From contig NC_045713.1 in NCBI RefSeq assembly GCF_009834535.1, positions 26,164,001 through 26,228,000 on the forward strand: DNA of 64,000 nucleotides. Reading direction: 5' to 3'. Numbering within the stretch: the first letter of the stretch is position 1; each line of letters begins with the position of its first letter. This document shows positions 50,721 to 64,000 of this stretch, piece by piece. The notes beneath the pieces are model-generated. The model was not told where the DNA came from, made no database searches, and saw only the letters and a program-made list of their open reading frames with translations. Made by a program: the position numbers and the translations under genes. This DNA comes from Camelus ferus. Lineage: Eukaryota.

Positions 50721-51539
50721 TGCCGTGCTGCCCCCGGAAGACCTCATCAACTAGTGAACCAGACAGACTCTCGGGACAGAACTGGGCAAAGTGGCCGAGG
50801 TTCTGTGCCAGTGAAACAGGTAATGGTTTACCTTCCCAGTTCCAGGAGTTGCCAGCGATGTGCTCTGTGCTTGGCGAAGGAACAGATGTTTAATAACTTT
50901 GCAGTAGCAAGGAGGAGGTTACATAACATGGCTGAGCTATTTTTGAACTTTGGAAAACGCTGACTGCTCTTTTCAAAGTGCCTTCTGTAAAACCAGGAAT
51001 ATTAAACACAAAGAACACTCCCCCTTTTCCCCACTTTTTTTTTTTTTTCCTGAAACAAGGACAGACATGGGTCCATGGGTAGGATCATTAACCCAGCAAC
51101 TAGTCCTTGGTCCAGCACTGCGATCAGTAAACCGTTGTGACAATATCCTAACCCCACAAGTTCTGGGTGTAAGATTACAGATAACGTCCATGAGGACCAC
51201 CAACGGACACCCCGAGACGTGACTCAGTCAGTCAAAGCGGGATCCCTGAACCCTAGTGACTCACCATGAAACCATCTGGGGTGACTTCATCTGAACCGCT
51301 TCTGAAGCTCTCTGCATCCTCCTTACTACATAGTGGAAGTAAACAGAGCTGTTTGTTTACTGGATTCTTTGCAAAATAAGGCTTCTCGATCTAGCTGAAA
51401 ATGTAACTTTCAAAGCTCCAAGTGAGAACTCCTAACTCTGGAGTCGTGGGCTTGCCTTGAACAAGCTGATGGGTCCCCGTCAGGTTAAAGACAACGTGCA
51501 TTCTCTGCCTTCAGCTACCCAGACTGAAGATCCTTTACT

Positions 51540-52000
51540 GTTAACAACCTAAATGTCCATCAAAGGGGGATGGTTAAATAAAAGATGGAACCCACACAAT
51601 GGAATACAAAAAAGCAACTAAGATGAATACACTAGAATTACACGTGTCCTCATAGATCACGCTTGAATCATAAGGCTGAGGTAAAGGGAATTCTAACACG
51701 TCAGATACCATTTATGTATATTAAAAAGAACTACCCTTTGGGTCTAAGGTTGCACATAAATCTATATTGAAAGTATGAAACATGCGCTTGGCTTTGCACA
51801 CATACCAAATTCAGCATAGTGTTTTCCCCTCCCACAGAGAGAAAGGGAGATGAGCGGGGCTGGGGAGGGGCATAATCGGGACTTCTACACTAGCAGTGAT
51901 CATTTTATTTCTTTCAAAATTTTGAAACAAATATGACATGTTCACTTTGTTCTCTGTGGTGAGTATGGGGGTGGATGTTTAAACAGATTCTGTACTTTTC
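51540..52000 (+). mobile_element. L1ME-like 3' fragment
   Basis: aacaacctaaatgtccatcaaagggggatggttaaataaa...aatggaatac; G-rich 3' UTR stretch at 51845-51880. Confidence 0.6.
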
Positions 52001-52996
52001 AGCACTATTCTTTTTTTTTCTTCTCTATTAAAAGACAGTCCTCGTTACCTGAGTTTGTCTTTAGACAAATTTCCCCCATCTTCATCAGACTGCACCTTCT
52101 TTGAGGAGATAAGTTATATCTTAATTCATGTATGATTCCAGAGGCTGGCACAGGGTTCACTGGATGGAAGGAGCGATGGAGGGAGGATGGAAAGATACTT
52201 AATCCTTTTCTTAAAAACTGCTTTCTTTGGGCTTTCTCCAGTTCCTCATCTTTGCCTCGTCTGGCAAGGTCCCATTCTTTCCTGGGTGGGTTTAAGAAAC
52301 GCTGTGATAGTGGGGCAGTGTGGCAAGGACCCACTGTTTGTGCCATCATCCAGCCACACACACTATGGGCACCACCAGCACTCCACGGATGGAGAGACGT
52401 TTCATTAAACACCGGGCAGTGGATAACGGCTTACCACACTCAATGCGTTACTTCTCTGGGGCTGAAATACCATCTACAAAATTGCTGCATTCAAAGTGTA
52501 ACTCCTGGAGATAGCACACCAGCATCTCACAGCAGTAGGGTTTTTTTTTAAGGAATGGAATTCAGGGTGGTCACTGGAAAGAGATCTGAATGTCTTGCCA
52601 TTCATCCTTCTCAAATTCCTTTTCCTTGTATATATTGTATTTCAATTGCCCTACAATTGAGTTATGTTTCTATTAAAATCATACATTTCTCAATATTCCA
52701 GCTGCAGGGCACTTATTATGGGAAGTAAGAATTCATTAGCTCAGCCCTCATCTCTGGGCTGGCAGCAGCCCTGCCTCTGTAAGACACTCCTGTGCATCGC
52801 ACCAATTTATCTGAGTTCCTTCCTGATATCTGGACAATTATTTAAAGTGCTGAAAGAAGCAGTGTAGAAACAAGATCATTAAAGAGGGGAAGAGGAGAGG
52901 GGAAGGGAAAACCTCAAAGGACCATGATTTCTTAATTCAAGATTTCACTTTTCAGGTAAACGTCAATTTCAGATAAAATCTTTAAAACACCCCCAT

Positions 52997-53045
52997 CACA
53001 CACACACACTCACACACACACACACACTCACACACACTCACACAC
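52997..53045. repeat. Interrupted (CA)n microsatellite
   Basis: (CA)n with CT interruptions. Confidence 0.95.
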
Positions 53046-53292
53046 CCCTAGCCCCAGATTAGAGATAATCCCTGAACTGTAGCATACTCAAAGTCCTAAA
53101 ACCTTCCAGAAACATTTTAGAGTGACATGCTATTCTGTTGATTACAAACTAACCCAGTTTGCTGACTGTAATTTCTGATGAGCAATTTCACTGCTCACTC
53201 TGACAGTCATTAAATAATTCCCAGGTGCAAGGTACCTGGGCTGAGCAGCACTTTTCATGCATCATCTCATTTAATACTCATAACAACCCGTG

Positions 53293-53488
53293 GAACATCG
53301 GTTCCCAGGGCATGTTCCCTAGACCAGCAACATCTGCATCACTCAGGAGTCTGTTAGAACTGCGTATTCCTGGAGCCCCCTCCAGAGCTGCTAAATCAGC
53401 ATCTCTGCTGGTGGGGCACAGCCATCTTGCTTTAACAAGCCCTCCCAGTGATTCTGGTGCACGCTGAAGAGGGAGAACCACCGCCTAG
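53293..53488 (+). mobile_element. MER5A (hAT-Charlie) inserted in a MIR
   Basis: gaccagcaacatctgcatcactcaggagtctgttaga...aatcagcatctctg...tttaacaagccctcccagtgattctggtgcacgctgaagagggagaaccacc. Confidence 0.8.
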
Positions 53489-53789
53489 AAAGTAGTGTCA
53501 TTGTCGGCACTTTGCAATGAACAACGGACGCCCAGAAAGGTAAAATGAGGGTCCTAGTCATGTGAAAAGTGGAGGAGACAAGATTTGAACCCTGGCAAGT
53601 CTCACTCCTCAGCCCAGTCCCCTAATCACAGTGCTACCCTGCTCGTTATCTGAGGAATGAGCATGGATTAAATCGGCGAACATCAGGCAAAAACAGGCAA
53701 CATGGGTGTAGGAGTGACTGATCTAAATCTCAACAGCTGAGCCATAATGATGTCCCACAAAGAAAATGACACTTCTCAGAAACATAAAA

Positions 53790-54640
53790 TTTAACTTGAA
53801 TGTCCACCAAGATGGGAGTAGTTAACTAAATTATGATACATCCATGTCATGAAGTACAGTGCAGCTTTAAAAGTGATGTTTGCCAAGATTTCCAACGACC
53901 TACAAAAACACTTTGGATGTAAGAAGGGAAGACATTCAGATACAGACTCCGAGTCTAGGAGCACCAGGGTGAGCACGTCTCCCAAAGCGTACCAATGTTG
54001 GTGAGGATGTGGGAAGTCAAGTGATTTCACAAACAGCTAGTGTGAATGACACATCGTATAGTTACTCTGTAGGACAGTCTGGCAGTAGATACTTAAGTTT
54101 TACAATGCACGTGTTCCTTGACTGCAAATTTCTACCCCTTAGAATCAACCCTAGAAAAATACTCGCGCATGTGCACAGGTAAGGATGGTTATCACTGCAG
54201 CTTAGTTTCTAATGTGAAAAAAAAATATGAAACAATGTAAATTTCTATTATTATGAAGACTGGATACATAAATCATGGTATACTTCTATTGAAGAATGCA
54301 ATGCGTAGGTTACAAAAACATGTAGATATTCATATATATATTTATATACAAATGCACACATGTATATCCACATGCGTCCTATATATCTGTGCATGTTCAC
54401 ATGTATGTTTTCATATGTGCATATACCTATATCTACATATATTCATACATGTGTACATACATACATATAGCTATATATACACACATACATACTTAAGACA
54501 TAGGTATATCTAGAGGATGGATGGATGGATAGATAGACAGACAAATAGATCTCAAATACAGGTTTCCAAGGTATGTTGCTGGGTAGAAAAATTAAGTTGC
54601 AGAAAACCAAGGATCACGTTACTTAAAAACAAAAGGAGAT
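53790..54640 (+). mobile_element. L1ME-like fragments with internal (TA/CA) low-complexity expansion
   Basis: ccaatgttggtgaggatgtgg, ctggcagtagatacttaag, caaccctagaaaaatactc, tgcagaa-type L1M 3' motifs. Confidence 0.6.
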
Positions 54641-54816
54641 GAGAAAAGAGAAAGAGGGGAGAGAACAGAATCAGACAAACAAATCCCACGGCCACACACC
54701 CCACATGATCTATTTTCAGGGAACGTTTTCAGCAATGACTACGTTATTACTCTTAGTATGTAAACAAACAACAAAACTGATCCCACTTTGGGAGACAAGC
54801 AAAGAGCCCGCTCTTA

Positions 54817-55659
<843 letters not shown>

Positions 55660-56009
55660 TTATTTTCTCAGCCCATCATCTCTTCCTTTCATTTTCCTCT
55701 CCTTCGTCCCACCACCGCCCACCCCCATTTGGGGTCCAAATGGTTCCAACTAGAACAAACTCAATCCGGCCCCCAGACTCAGGACTGGGAAATGAAGCCG
55801 ACAGAAACAAAACGACTTCAGGAGATAGAGGGAGATTCCTGACGACATCCTTGGAGCAGGTGGAGTCGGCCATGCCTGGAGCCATTTACTCTGGACCTGC
55901 TGGTTATGTAAGCCAACAAGTTCCCATGTTCAATTAAGCCAATGTGAGTAGGATTTCTGTCACTTGAACTCTAGATTCCTGTGTCACACAGAGTATGATA
56001 AATGCTAGG

Positions 56010-56500
56010 TGGACATCTGTCTGTTCAGTCAACAAGTATTCGTTGAACACCTAATTGTGTGGCAACAGTGTGTGAGAGCTTGTGGGAATGATGATAAGAC
56101 AGACAGACGTGGTCTCTGCTTTCATAGATCTGGAAGGAATGCGAGGAAGAGCAACATCTCTGGACTGGTAGCTGAGAGAGGCAGAAGGGGATGTTGAAGA
56201 GAGAGGCAGAAGGGGATCCAGGTACAGATTGGGGGAAGTGGGAGGACCCTAGAGTCAGAGGAGCCCTGAGGATATGCCTTGACTGTTCCAGGAACTGGAG
56301 ACAAATGCATCATGGTCTGTGATGTAGGGGGACGAGACGACATGGAAGAGCTTGGCAGAAACCCCATCATGTATGGCCCCAGGAGCTATGGGACACCTTA
56401 TTCTGAGAATCGGGGCAAGCCGCTGAATGCTCTCACACTGCAAAGTGACAGGGTAAGCTCTGTTGGGTTAAAGGCCCTCCAAAAGTCCAAACATCTCCCC
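56010..56500 (-). mobile_element. L2
   Basis: tcaacaagtattcgttgaacacct...acagacagacgtggtctctgctttcatagatct. Confidence 0.6.
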
Positions 56501-58599
56501 AAGTCATGGTCTGATCATGAGAACAAATTTTCATTTAGAAAAAAGCAGGTGATGCACAAAGTGGTACCATTTCCAAACTACCTTCACACCCCTCAACTTG
56601 TCAAATCCCTGGGATGATCCTATGAAGCTGGTATTGTTGGCGGGGTAATATGAGGCTCGAGATGGTCCCACAGCCAGTCAGCATCCAAACTCACGTCCTG
56701 ATTCCACTTTCAGCCCCCCTTCCAACACACCACCACAGCCTTCTCAGGATCACTGAAGACCTGCATGATTAGACCCTTAAACCACGTCACCGACCGACTG
56801 GCATGGCGCAAAAATGCCAACTAAACAGAATGTATGGCTCTGTGTTACAGCAAAACAGGATTTGATAAATACTGAGATCTGTTTTTTTCTGGGAACTGAA
56901 AGAATTCTCAAGGGGTCCTCATATTGCTTTCATTTTGCATTCCGTATTCGCCATGTGCATTTAGTACAACCTCAACAGGGCAGATATAGGGTTTCCATCT
57001 CATGTGTGTATGAGTGTGTGTGAAGAGTGGATGATCCCATTCGTGTCTTTCAGAACAATATTCTGAAGCTGTGCATGTCAACTTTTTCAGCAAGTCTGCA
57101 TAATTTCCCCGGTGGATGCTCACTGAATAAGAAAGGTTTATCTGAAAGGGCTAAAAGCTATAGTTCTTAGAAATACTCCCCTTTTCTAAAATGCATGGGG
57201 TTTGGGGGATAATTTGAGTGCAGCGTGGCCTGAAGGCAGAGGCAAAAAAAAAAAACAAAAAAACCCAGGAATACATGACATCTGGGCCCCTTCCACCATT
57301 ACAGTTCTATGAATTTTTACCTAATTAAATCAATTAAATTGGGTAACAGACTTAAAGACTGGATAATTATCTTTTTCCCTACAGTAGCTTTTGGAGAAAT
57401 CCAATATTCTTGGATTGAGTAATCACTTTAAATCATGCCTCAACAAGACTGTGAATTGCTCAAGGGCGGAGATTTTGCTGCCCTCTCCCCTCTGTCCACA
57501 TGACACAGCAGTAGATGGAGGCTGGGGAAATGCACAAGTGAATGAATGCATGAATAAAGCCTAGAGAAATGTCCTCGGTTTAAACACAAAGCGAAAAGGG
57601 GAGGAGTCAGTACCTGAGATTGTATTTTGCACGGCTCTCAAATGTCACGTCCAAAAAATAAAAACTTTCAACATCATCATCCTACTTAACCTGAGGAACC
57701 ACTCCACCATCCAATGCCCAACATATATTTAGTGTGTCCTTTATCAATAAGGAGGAGCTTATAGAAGTGCAAAAAGCCTCAGCACCTCCCCATAGAACCT
57801 CATTAAATACCCCTAAAAGGCAACAATATAAAGAACCCATCAACAGAAGAAGGCACAGGAGTGAAGTTTCAAGGCAGTTATATTCATCGACCTCATGCAT
57901 TGTCAGGTGCCTCTTGGGATGGCACTGCAAAGTTCCACACTTACTTAAAAAGAAACAAAATAATTCCCAAGGAGCAAAGATGTCTCTGAGAAAGCTGGTC
58001 ACCAGAGCTGCACCATGACTGCCAAAGGCAATGCGATCTTCTTGCACTGAGTGCATGAAGAACGGAGAGGGTTCTCAGGTGGACATATGCTAAGGGCACA
58101 GTTGGAACCCAATAAAAAGGATCTCTGAGCCAATCCTACACCCATACACATACATACTCATTCCTGGGATAACCGGTATTGGTGCAGAGGTGGAGGTCAA
58201 ATATGGAGCTCGATGTGGGAGTTAGGGGTGTTAGGGACGCTCTGACACCAGCTGCTGTATGCACTATGAGTTAGACATTATTATATCCATGACCTGTGTC
58301 CATGAGCACAGAGCAGAGCTGTAAGCAAACATAGCATTATCTGGCTCTCCGTGTATAGAAAGAAGAGCATGGCTGTTTGCAAACTTCATGAAGGAGAAAG
58401 ATAATTAAAGGGACAGCTGTTCATTAGCCAAGAGCTGGCTTGGCACATGCCATCTGTGAAAGAATGTGTGCAAACCCCTCGCCTTGTACCGTCCCACTGC
58501 CCTTCCTTGTAATGCTTTAGCCCAAGCTGACTCTCTCCTGTTACCTGTTCTGATCCCCATTAATTTCTTCTCCCCAGAATGGATAACAGTGTACCTTCT

Positions 58600-58950
58600 G
58601 CCCAGGTACCAATCCTAGTTGTGTGGACTTGGGAAATATCACTTCACCTTTCCAAGCCTCAGTTTTCAAATCTGTGCAATGGGTATGGCAATGGTGAGAA
58701 TTACACTAGTTAATAACATGCCAGAAGTGCTCACTCTGTGAGAGTCACGTGGCTTAACATTTTCTAAGTAGTATCTCATTTAATCCCATCCCCTACCATC
58801 TTCCTAAACTGGTACTAGTATTATCCCCATTTTACCAATGAAGAAACAGACTCCGAGGTAGAATGACCTTTTCAGGGTCACACAGGTAGTGAATCAGGTT
58901 TGCCTGCCTTCAAAATTCCGAGCTTTCCACCCCTCACTGCCCTGTTGTCA
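58600..58950. mobile_element. Convergent pair of MIRs
   Basis: Plus core ccaagcctcagttttcaaatctgtgcaatggg followed by minus core attatccccattttaccaatgaagaaacagactccgag. Confidence 0.7.
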
Positions 58951-59289
58951 ATGACAGCACTTCCTCATCAAGTCAGTAAGGGTCAAGCGATCCCTCTGTG
59001 TGAAAGCGCCCAGTGCAGTGCCCATCAGGTATCGAGTGCTCGACGTGTGTGCGTCACTGTTATTTGTCCCACCTACGCTGGGTCAGGACTCTTGGCGTCT
59101 CACTTCAGGGGCTTATGCTAGCCACACCCCACACACCCAGAAGAGGACTCGAGCACCTCAATAACTCACCTCGTTCATGGTTGCCTGATCTAAAGTCCTG
59201 AAATACTGCTTTCACTATGCCACCCTTCTCCTCTGTGGTCATTCGCTGGCTCCCCTAGACGTTCAGTTTAGACTCTCTAGCCTACGCCT

Positions 59290-59520
59290 TCATGCACACC
59301 AGTCAAATTTCACAACTGAAATCTCATGGGCTCTGGGGTCTGTCGGACCTGAGTTCAAGCCCTGTCTCGGCATGAACTAGCCAGGCGACCATGGGTGACG
59401 ACCCAACCTTTCTGGGTCTGAGATTCGTTGCCTATGAAGTGGGAACCGTGAACACCATCCCACTGGGTTGCTGTGAGGATGGGGTGAACTGGAAGGGGTA
59501 AGAGGCTCATCTATCCATGC
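59290..59520 (+). mobile_element. MIR
   Basis: gacctgagttcaagccctgtctc...ctgggtctgagattcgttgcctatgaagtggg...gggttgctgtgaggat. Confidence 0.65.
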
Positions 59521-60714
59521 CTGCCTCCAACAGTTAGGGACTCCTCTCCCCGTCCTCTGTTCTCCAGCCTCCATGGACAATGCCAGAAACCTAGGGGGAT
59601 CCTCACCTTTCAGAAATGGTATCTCCAGGTCTACTGATGTGCTGGTTTCACATTCCCTCCTCCCCTCCTCAAAGCAGCCCATTCACTCTGAGCCCAAGGA
59701 GGCTGCACGGAGAGGGGAAGGAACTGTCGTCTTCCCTGACAGGGATGCGTCACGCTTTGGAGAGAAACCATCGCTAATGTCCTTCACAGCCCTCATGCAG
59801 TTACCCTACACCACTTTCATTTCCACTGGCCTCTGAAACCTAAACTTCCAAAACCACTGTGGACCAGGGAAGTGTATACCCCTCAGAGGGATGAAAGCAA
59901 GAAGTTAGCTGCAAAACATAATTGCACAACAAGGCACTGAAGAGGCTACCATTTAGCTTTGGGATTTTCTAAGGTGCATTTATGGACTGGCAGGAGGTGA
60001 TGGGGGAATCTGGCCACACTCCTGAGGCCGGGCATCTGATATGCCAAATGGTCCTTTGTTTGAAGGCCTTGTACCTTCTTCCCGATTCCTACCTGGATAG
60101 CAGAGGCAGTCCAACCCGCACGTACCTCCTCCTGCCATCACTCAGCCTGCCCTTTTTGGATTCTACAGATCAGCCTGGCCACCTCTGGCACCGGCTTCCT
60201 CGGCAGCGTGCAGCCGGGGGAGAGGAACAGATTTCAGACACCCACTTTGGTTCTGAAGCAAAAGCATTTCCCACCCCATGCTCACCGCTCTTCAGATGTA
60301 GAACAAACTGTTTTAAACACAGAACGAGGGAGGCAGGGAGGTGTGGGATTCTGGGTGTCTGCTTTCCACTCTGTGTTCCAGTCCCATCATAACTGAGGTT
60401 CAAGAATGTTCCAGAGCTTGCGGATTCCCCCGGGGTGAGACCTGACTCCATGGGTATCAAGGTCCCGATGTTTATAGTCTAAAACCAACTTTCATTTCAC
60501 TTACCCATTTACAAGGCAATAAAGGACACCCATACGCGTTACTCCTTTGATTCTAATGACCCAAGAGATGAGGTGTTGCCAGTGGTTATAACCCTCATGG
60601 ATGGCATTTCTCGCAGACATAGGAAGGGAGGTTAAACAATTTCCCTAAAATCCATGTGGCCCCATGCTGACAACAGCTGTTACTTCAAGATGTCATCCAG
60701 TGTTCCTTTGCACA

Positions 60715-60880
60715 CACCAGTGGCTTTCATTCCTGGCTGCACAAGAGAATCACTTGGAGAGTTATTAAAAAAAAAAAAAAAAAGAACAACAACAAAAAAA
60801 AAACCCACAAAAACAAACGGATGCCCGTCGCGCTCCAAGCCAGTCCAACTGAAACTGAATGACCTGAGTATATGAACTCC
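60715..60880 (+). mobile_element. MER5A fragment with expanded internal A tract
   Basis: ccagtggctttcattcctggctgcacaagagaatcacttggagagttatt then A-rich expansion, then gatgccc. Confidence 0.55.
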
Positions 60881-61397
60881 AGAGCTGATCTATTTGTTTT
60901 TTCTCTGTCTCATCTCAATGGCAGGATGAGCGTTATTTGAATGAGTATCTTCAAAGCCTAGCACTATGTCTGACACACAATAGGGGCCCAGTAAATATTT
61001 GTTGAGAAAATAAATGAGCAGAAAGGTCATCCCCAGGAACCAAGAGAGAACGGGCTGCTGTTGTCAACCCTGCACCCATTCCCAGAGTCTGTTTTCCTCT
61101 GTCTGCCATGGTGGGTACCCCGCCGCCCAAAAAAAGGATAATGATGTAATGATGCAGGGGACCCAGCGAAGATCTAGAGGGACTCCTTGGGAGTCCGCTT
61201 TCTGCCTTGGTAAGCCCTGGTGTACTTTCTGCTGCTCTTGCGGTGTATCAGCTGAGCTTTGAAACATATTTTGTTTCAGTTTCCAAGGATGAGAGGAAAA
61301 GTAAATGTATCAAGCTTGGTAAGCCTGAGGATTCAGATGACTGGCACTGCCACATACATATGGGCTGGGTCTGTTTCACTAGAGGGTCTCTCTATCC

Positions 61398-61465
61398 CAC
61401 ATCCATCCATCCTCCATCATCATCATTGTCTGTTCTCATCATCATCCACTATCATCTTCATCCTC
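61398..61465. repeat. (CAT)n-like low-complexity tract
   Basis: catccatccatcctccatcatcatcatt...catcatcatccactatcatcttcatcc. Confidence 0.8.
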
Positions 61466-61869
61466 TCTCTTCAAATGAGAAATCTAATCCTAAATTTCTG
61501 GTGACTGTTGGGTTCCTAGCTAGGGTAGCTGTCCAGGGTGGCTGAAGTGCTTTGATTCCGAGACCAGGAGAGGAACACCAGCCTTCACTCAGAGTCTGTG
61601 CACCAGTCTCTCAGACTAGAGTAGAAAGGATGGGTATTAGGTAAGATAATTACAAAGAACAGCGCTACGATTTGGGGTGGAGCCAGGAACCAGTCACACA
61701 GAGCTACCAAGCCTTCAACCTCATTCTAGCCTGGCTTCCCAGTACAGCACCTACCGGACCACATACAACTATTTCAACTGAATTTTAAAGTATGAAATAA
61801 AATTAAACACTTTGCTTCTCAATCACACTAGCCATATTTTAAGAGCCCAATAATCTTTAGACTTTAAAG

Positions 61870-62130
61870 CTGGGTGCTCTCCCACCCCTCCCAGACCCCC
61901 ATTAAGATGCCAGTTCAGTTGGTCTGGGATGGGGTCCAGGATATTTATAATTCCCTGGGTAATTCTAAAGTGCAGCCAGGATTGAAAACACAAATCCAAG
62001 GCTTCAGTAGCCAACCCTGTAGCTATGCATCAGCTCACCTGGGGAATTTTTTTGTACCTACAGATTTCCAGGCTCCACGCCATCTCCACTGAATCAGAAT
62101 CTCTGTTGAGGAGCAGCTGAATATGCTGAT
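61870..62130. mobile_element. Two adjacent MER5-family fragments
   Basis: ttggtctgggatggggtccagg...ctgggtaattctaaagtgcagccaggattgaaaacac followed by catcagctcacctgggga...ctgaatcagaatctctg. Confidence 0.6.
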
Positions 62131-62159
62131 GGAAAGCAAGACTTGGTACTGCCAAGTCC

Positions 62160-62570
62160 AACTTCCTTATTTTCAAGGTGAGGAAACCGAGGCTCCAGAA
62201 TCCTGGATGAGTGGCTGCAAACTTCACATGACTTAGAGGGACAGCAGGAATGCAACGGGGTCTCTCACCTCCTAATTCAGTGCTCTCTTAGCAAAGAGAT
62301 GCTATGATGGGTGAGGTCATGATGCCATCGTGTATGAAGTGTTCTCTGCAAAGAGAATCCACAAGGTACGGGGGACAGGTAGGAGGAACATGGCTCTGCT
62401 GACAGCCTGCCTGGAATCTGCTTCTTACTGCAAGTGAATTTCTTAACCTAAGCCTGTTTCTCAATCTGAACAATGGGAATGATAACAACAGTCACCACCT
62501 TAAAGGGCTGCTATGCATATTTTGAGAGAGCGCGCACATAAAGCCTTGGGCACCTAGGAGGGGCTCAGGC
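62160..62570. mobile_element. Two MIRs (minus then plus)
   Basis: ggtgaggaaaccgaggctccaga and aagcctgtttctcaatctgaacaatgggaatgataac...taaagccttgggcacctagg. Confidence 0.65.
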
Positions 62571-62979
62571 AAGTTGAGTTGGTGTTAATAGTGGTGGAGA
62601 CGATAGCCTTGACCATCAAGCCCCAAGTCTCACACCCACCACAGACTGCTTACTGCTCCACTTCCTACGCATCCCTCCCCTTCTGAATTTCCAGCACCTT
62701 CCACCCCTCAGCCCTGACTGTGTGTGGCTGCCTAGCTGCCAAGAAGCATGCATCTTGCCTGCTCTTCAGACTGGCATTCTTGTGGGCAGGACCCCAGGCC
62801 TTTCCAAGTCCCCGAAACCTTGCCTGACACTGGGCCACTGTTTTGGGAATGAAACTCAGAGCATCATTCCGAGTCTGCAAGGCTGCCAGTGGGAGACGAG
62901 TGTTTTATGTATTTGAGCAGACCTGCCATATCTCTGGCTCCAGGAAGAAACACTCATCTATTAGTGGCCTTTCGTTCAT

Positions 62980-63490
62980 TCAGTGACTATAACAAGCTCC
63001 CACGATGTGCCAGGCATTGTTCTAGGGAAGAGCATCTAGGCAAGGAGTCTACCAAAGTGAAGCTCCCCATTTTTATGAAGTTTACATTCTTATGGGAGGA
63101 CATAGACAAAGGAGGAAAAAAAATCAATAGTATGATTTCAAGGAAATCAGATGATGTAATAGTTCAAGGGTGGAGTGGAGGGGGAGCGCCCCTTGCCATC
63201 GTCTGGTCTGCCACACTGGAGCTGATCAAAAGAATCGGAAGGAGGAGCTGTCAGCCAGGCAAAGCTGAGGAGTAGGGCGGGCGTGAAGAGAGCCATCCAA
63301 GCAGAAGGAGCAGCATGTGCAAAGGTAGGGAAGGGCTTGGCAAGTTCAAGGAACAGAAGGAAGATCAGAACAGCTGGCATTTAACAAGCAAAGGAGAGAG
63401 TGGTGAGATGCGTTAGGACAGGAGGCAGAGGCCATGTCACACAGTGAGCGCCCTGAAGACCATGGCAAGGGGTCTGGATTTAATTCCTAG
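62980..63490 (-). mobile_element. L2
   Basis: atgtgccaggcattgttctaggg...gcagcatgtgcaaagg...ttcaaggaacagaagga...gaccatggcaagggg. Confidence 0.8.
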
Positions 63491-64000
63491 GTCAGGTTAT
63501 TCCCAACAACCCCTCTGCTAAATGCACTATTAGTATCTCCCAGCAGGGCAGCCGGGAGAGATCTGGAACTTTGGGGATGTTGGAATTTCAGGTGAGCCAG
63601 CCTTGTTCTTTTCCTTTGGAGTTCTGATCTATGCCAAGAGGGGACATGCACTGAGGATGCAGAAAGGCACAGAACTGTATGCTATATTGTTTGGTCATCT
63701 GGTCCCCTAATCTTGAATAGTGTGGCTAGGACTCCCATGTCTACCTGGGCCTTCCAGACCTTGTCCAAGTTCATCATTCAAAGGCAAGCCCTCCCTCTAA
63801 CATGTGATGCAGTGCTGGAGGAGAGACTCCACACATGCGTGGAGAGATGTGTATTCTCTCCTCGATTCTAGCTGCAGCTCGCTCAGGACAGCCCAACATC
63901 CCCCACATTCCTCAGAACCTCATGATGATGGCTGCCGTTGGACCCAGTCCTGCTTTCTACATCATTAGCAGGGCTGGCCAAGAAGAGACACCTGCTGAGA

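Noticed and set aside
51845-51880. G-quadruplex motif on the plus strand
   Set aside because: It is the ordinary G-rich tract of an L1 3' UTR and is not on the pre-mRNA strand.
54164-54175. NRF1-like motif cgcgcatgtgca
   Set aside because: Single imperfect site inside an L1ME relic with no supporting context.
58600-58950. Inverted MIR pairs as dsRNA/ADAR substrates (also 9640-10160)
   Set aside because: Copies are too diverged from each other to form long duplexes.

Overview
Mammalian genomic DNA lying entirely inside GRIN2A (NMDA receptor subunit GluN2A), transcribed on the minus strand. Three consecutive coding exons are present with canonical AG/GT ends and matching phases: 55410-54818 (593 nt), 23224-23110 (115 nt) and 5660-5455 (206 nt). 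They encode approximately residues 139-443 (amino-terminal domain and start of the S1 ligand-binding segment) and are separated by introns of 31,593 and 17,449 nt. The rest is intronic: ancient MIR, L2, L1M, MaLR/ERVL LTR and hAT/mariner relics, three young tRNA-Ala-derived SINEs of the camelid vic-1 type, microsatellites and four N gaps. No Alu, B1/B2, Bov-tA, PRE-1 or CHR-2 SINEs were seen, so a camelid is the likely source (inference). I found no new gene or multi-gene system. The strongest leads are (i) a SINE-created 3' splice site followed by a possible 6-nt in-frame microexon, (ii) an unexplained pair of diverged, indel-free 88-bp paralogous segments, (iii) a candidate poison exon starting with an in-frame TGA, and (iv) candidate intronic regulatory patches. 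Repeat family names come from recalled consensus sequences, repeat boundaries are approximate, and nothing was searched or computed beyond hand alignment.
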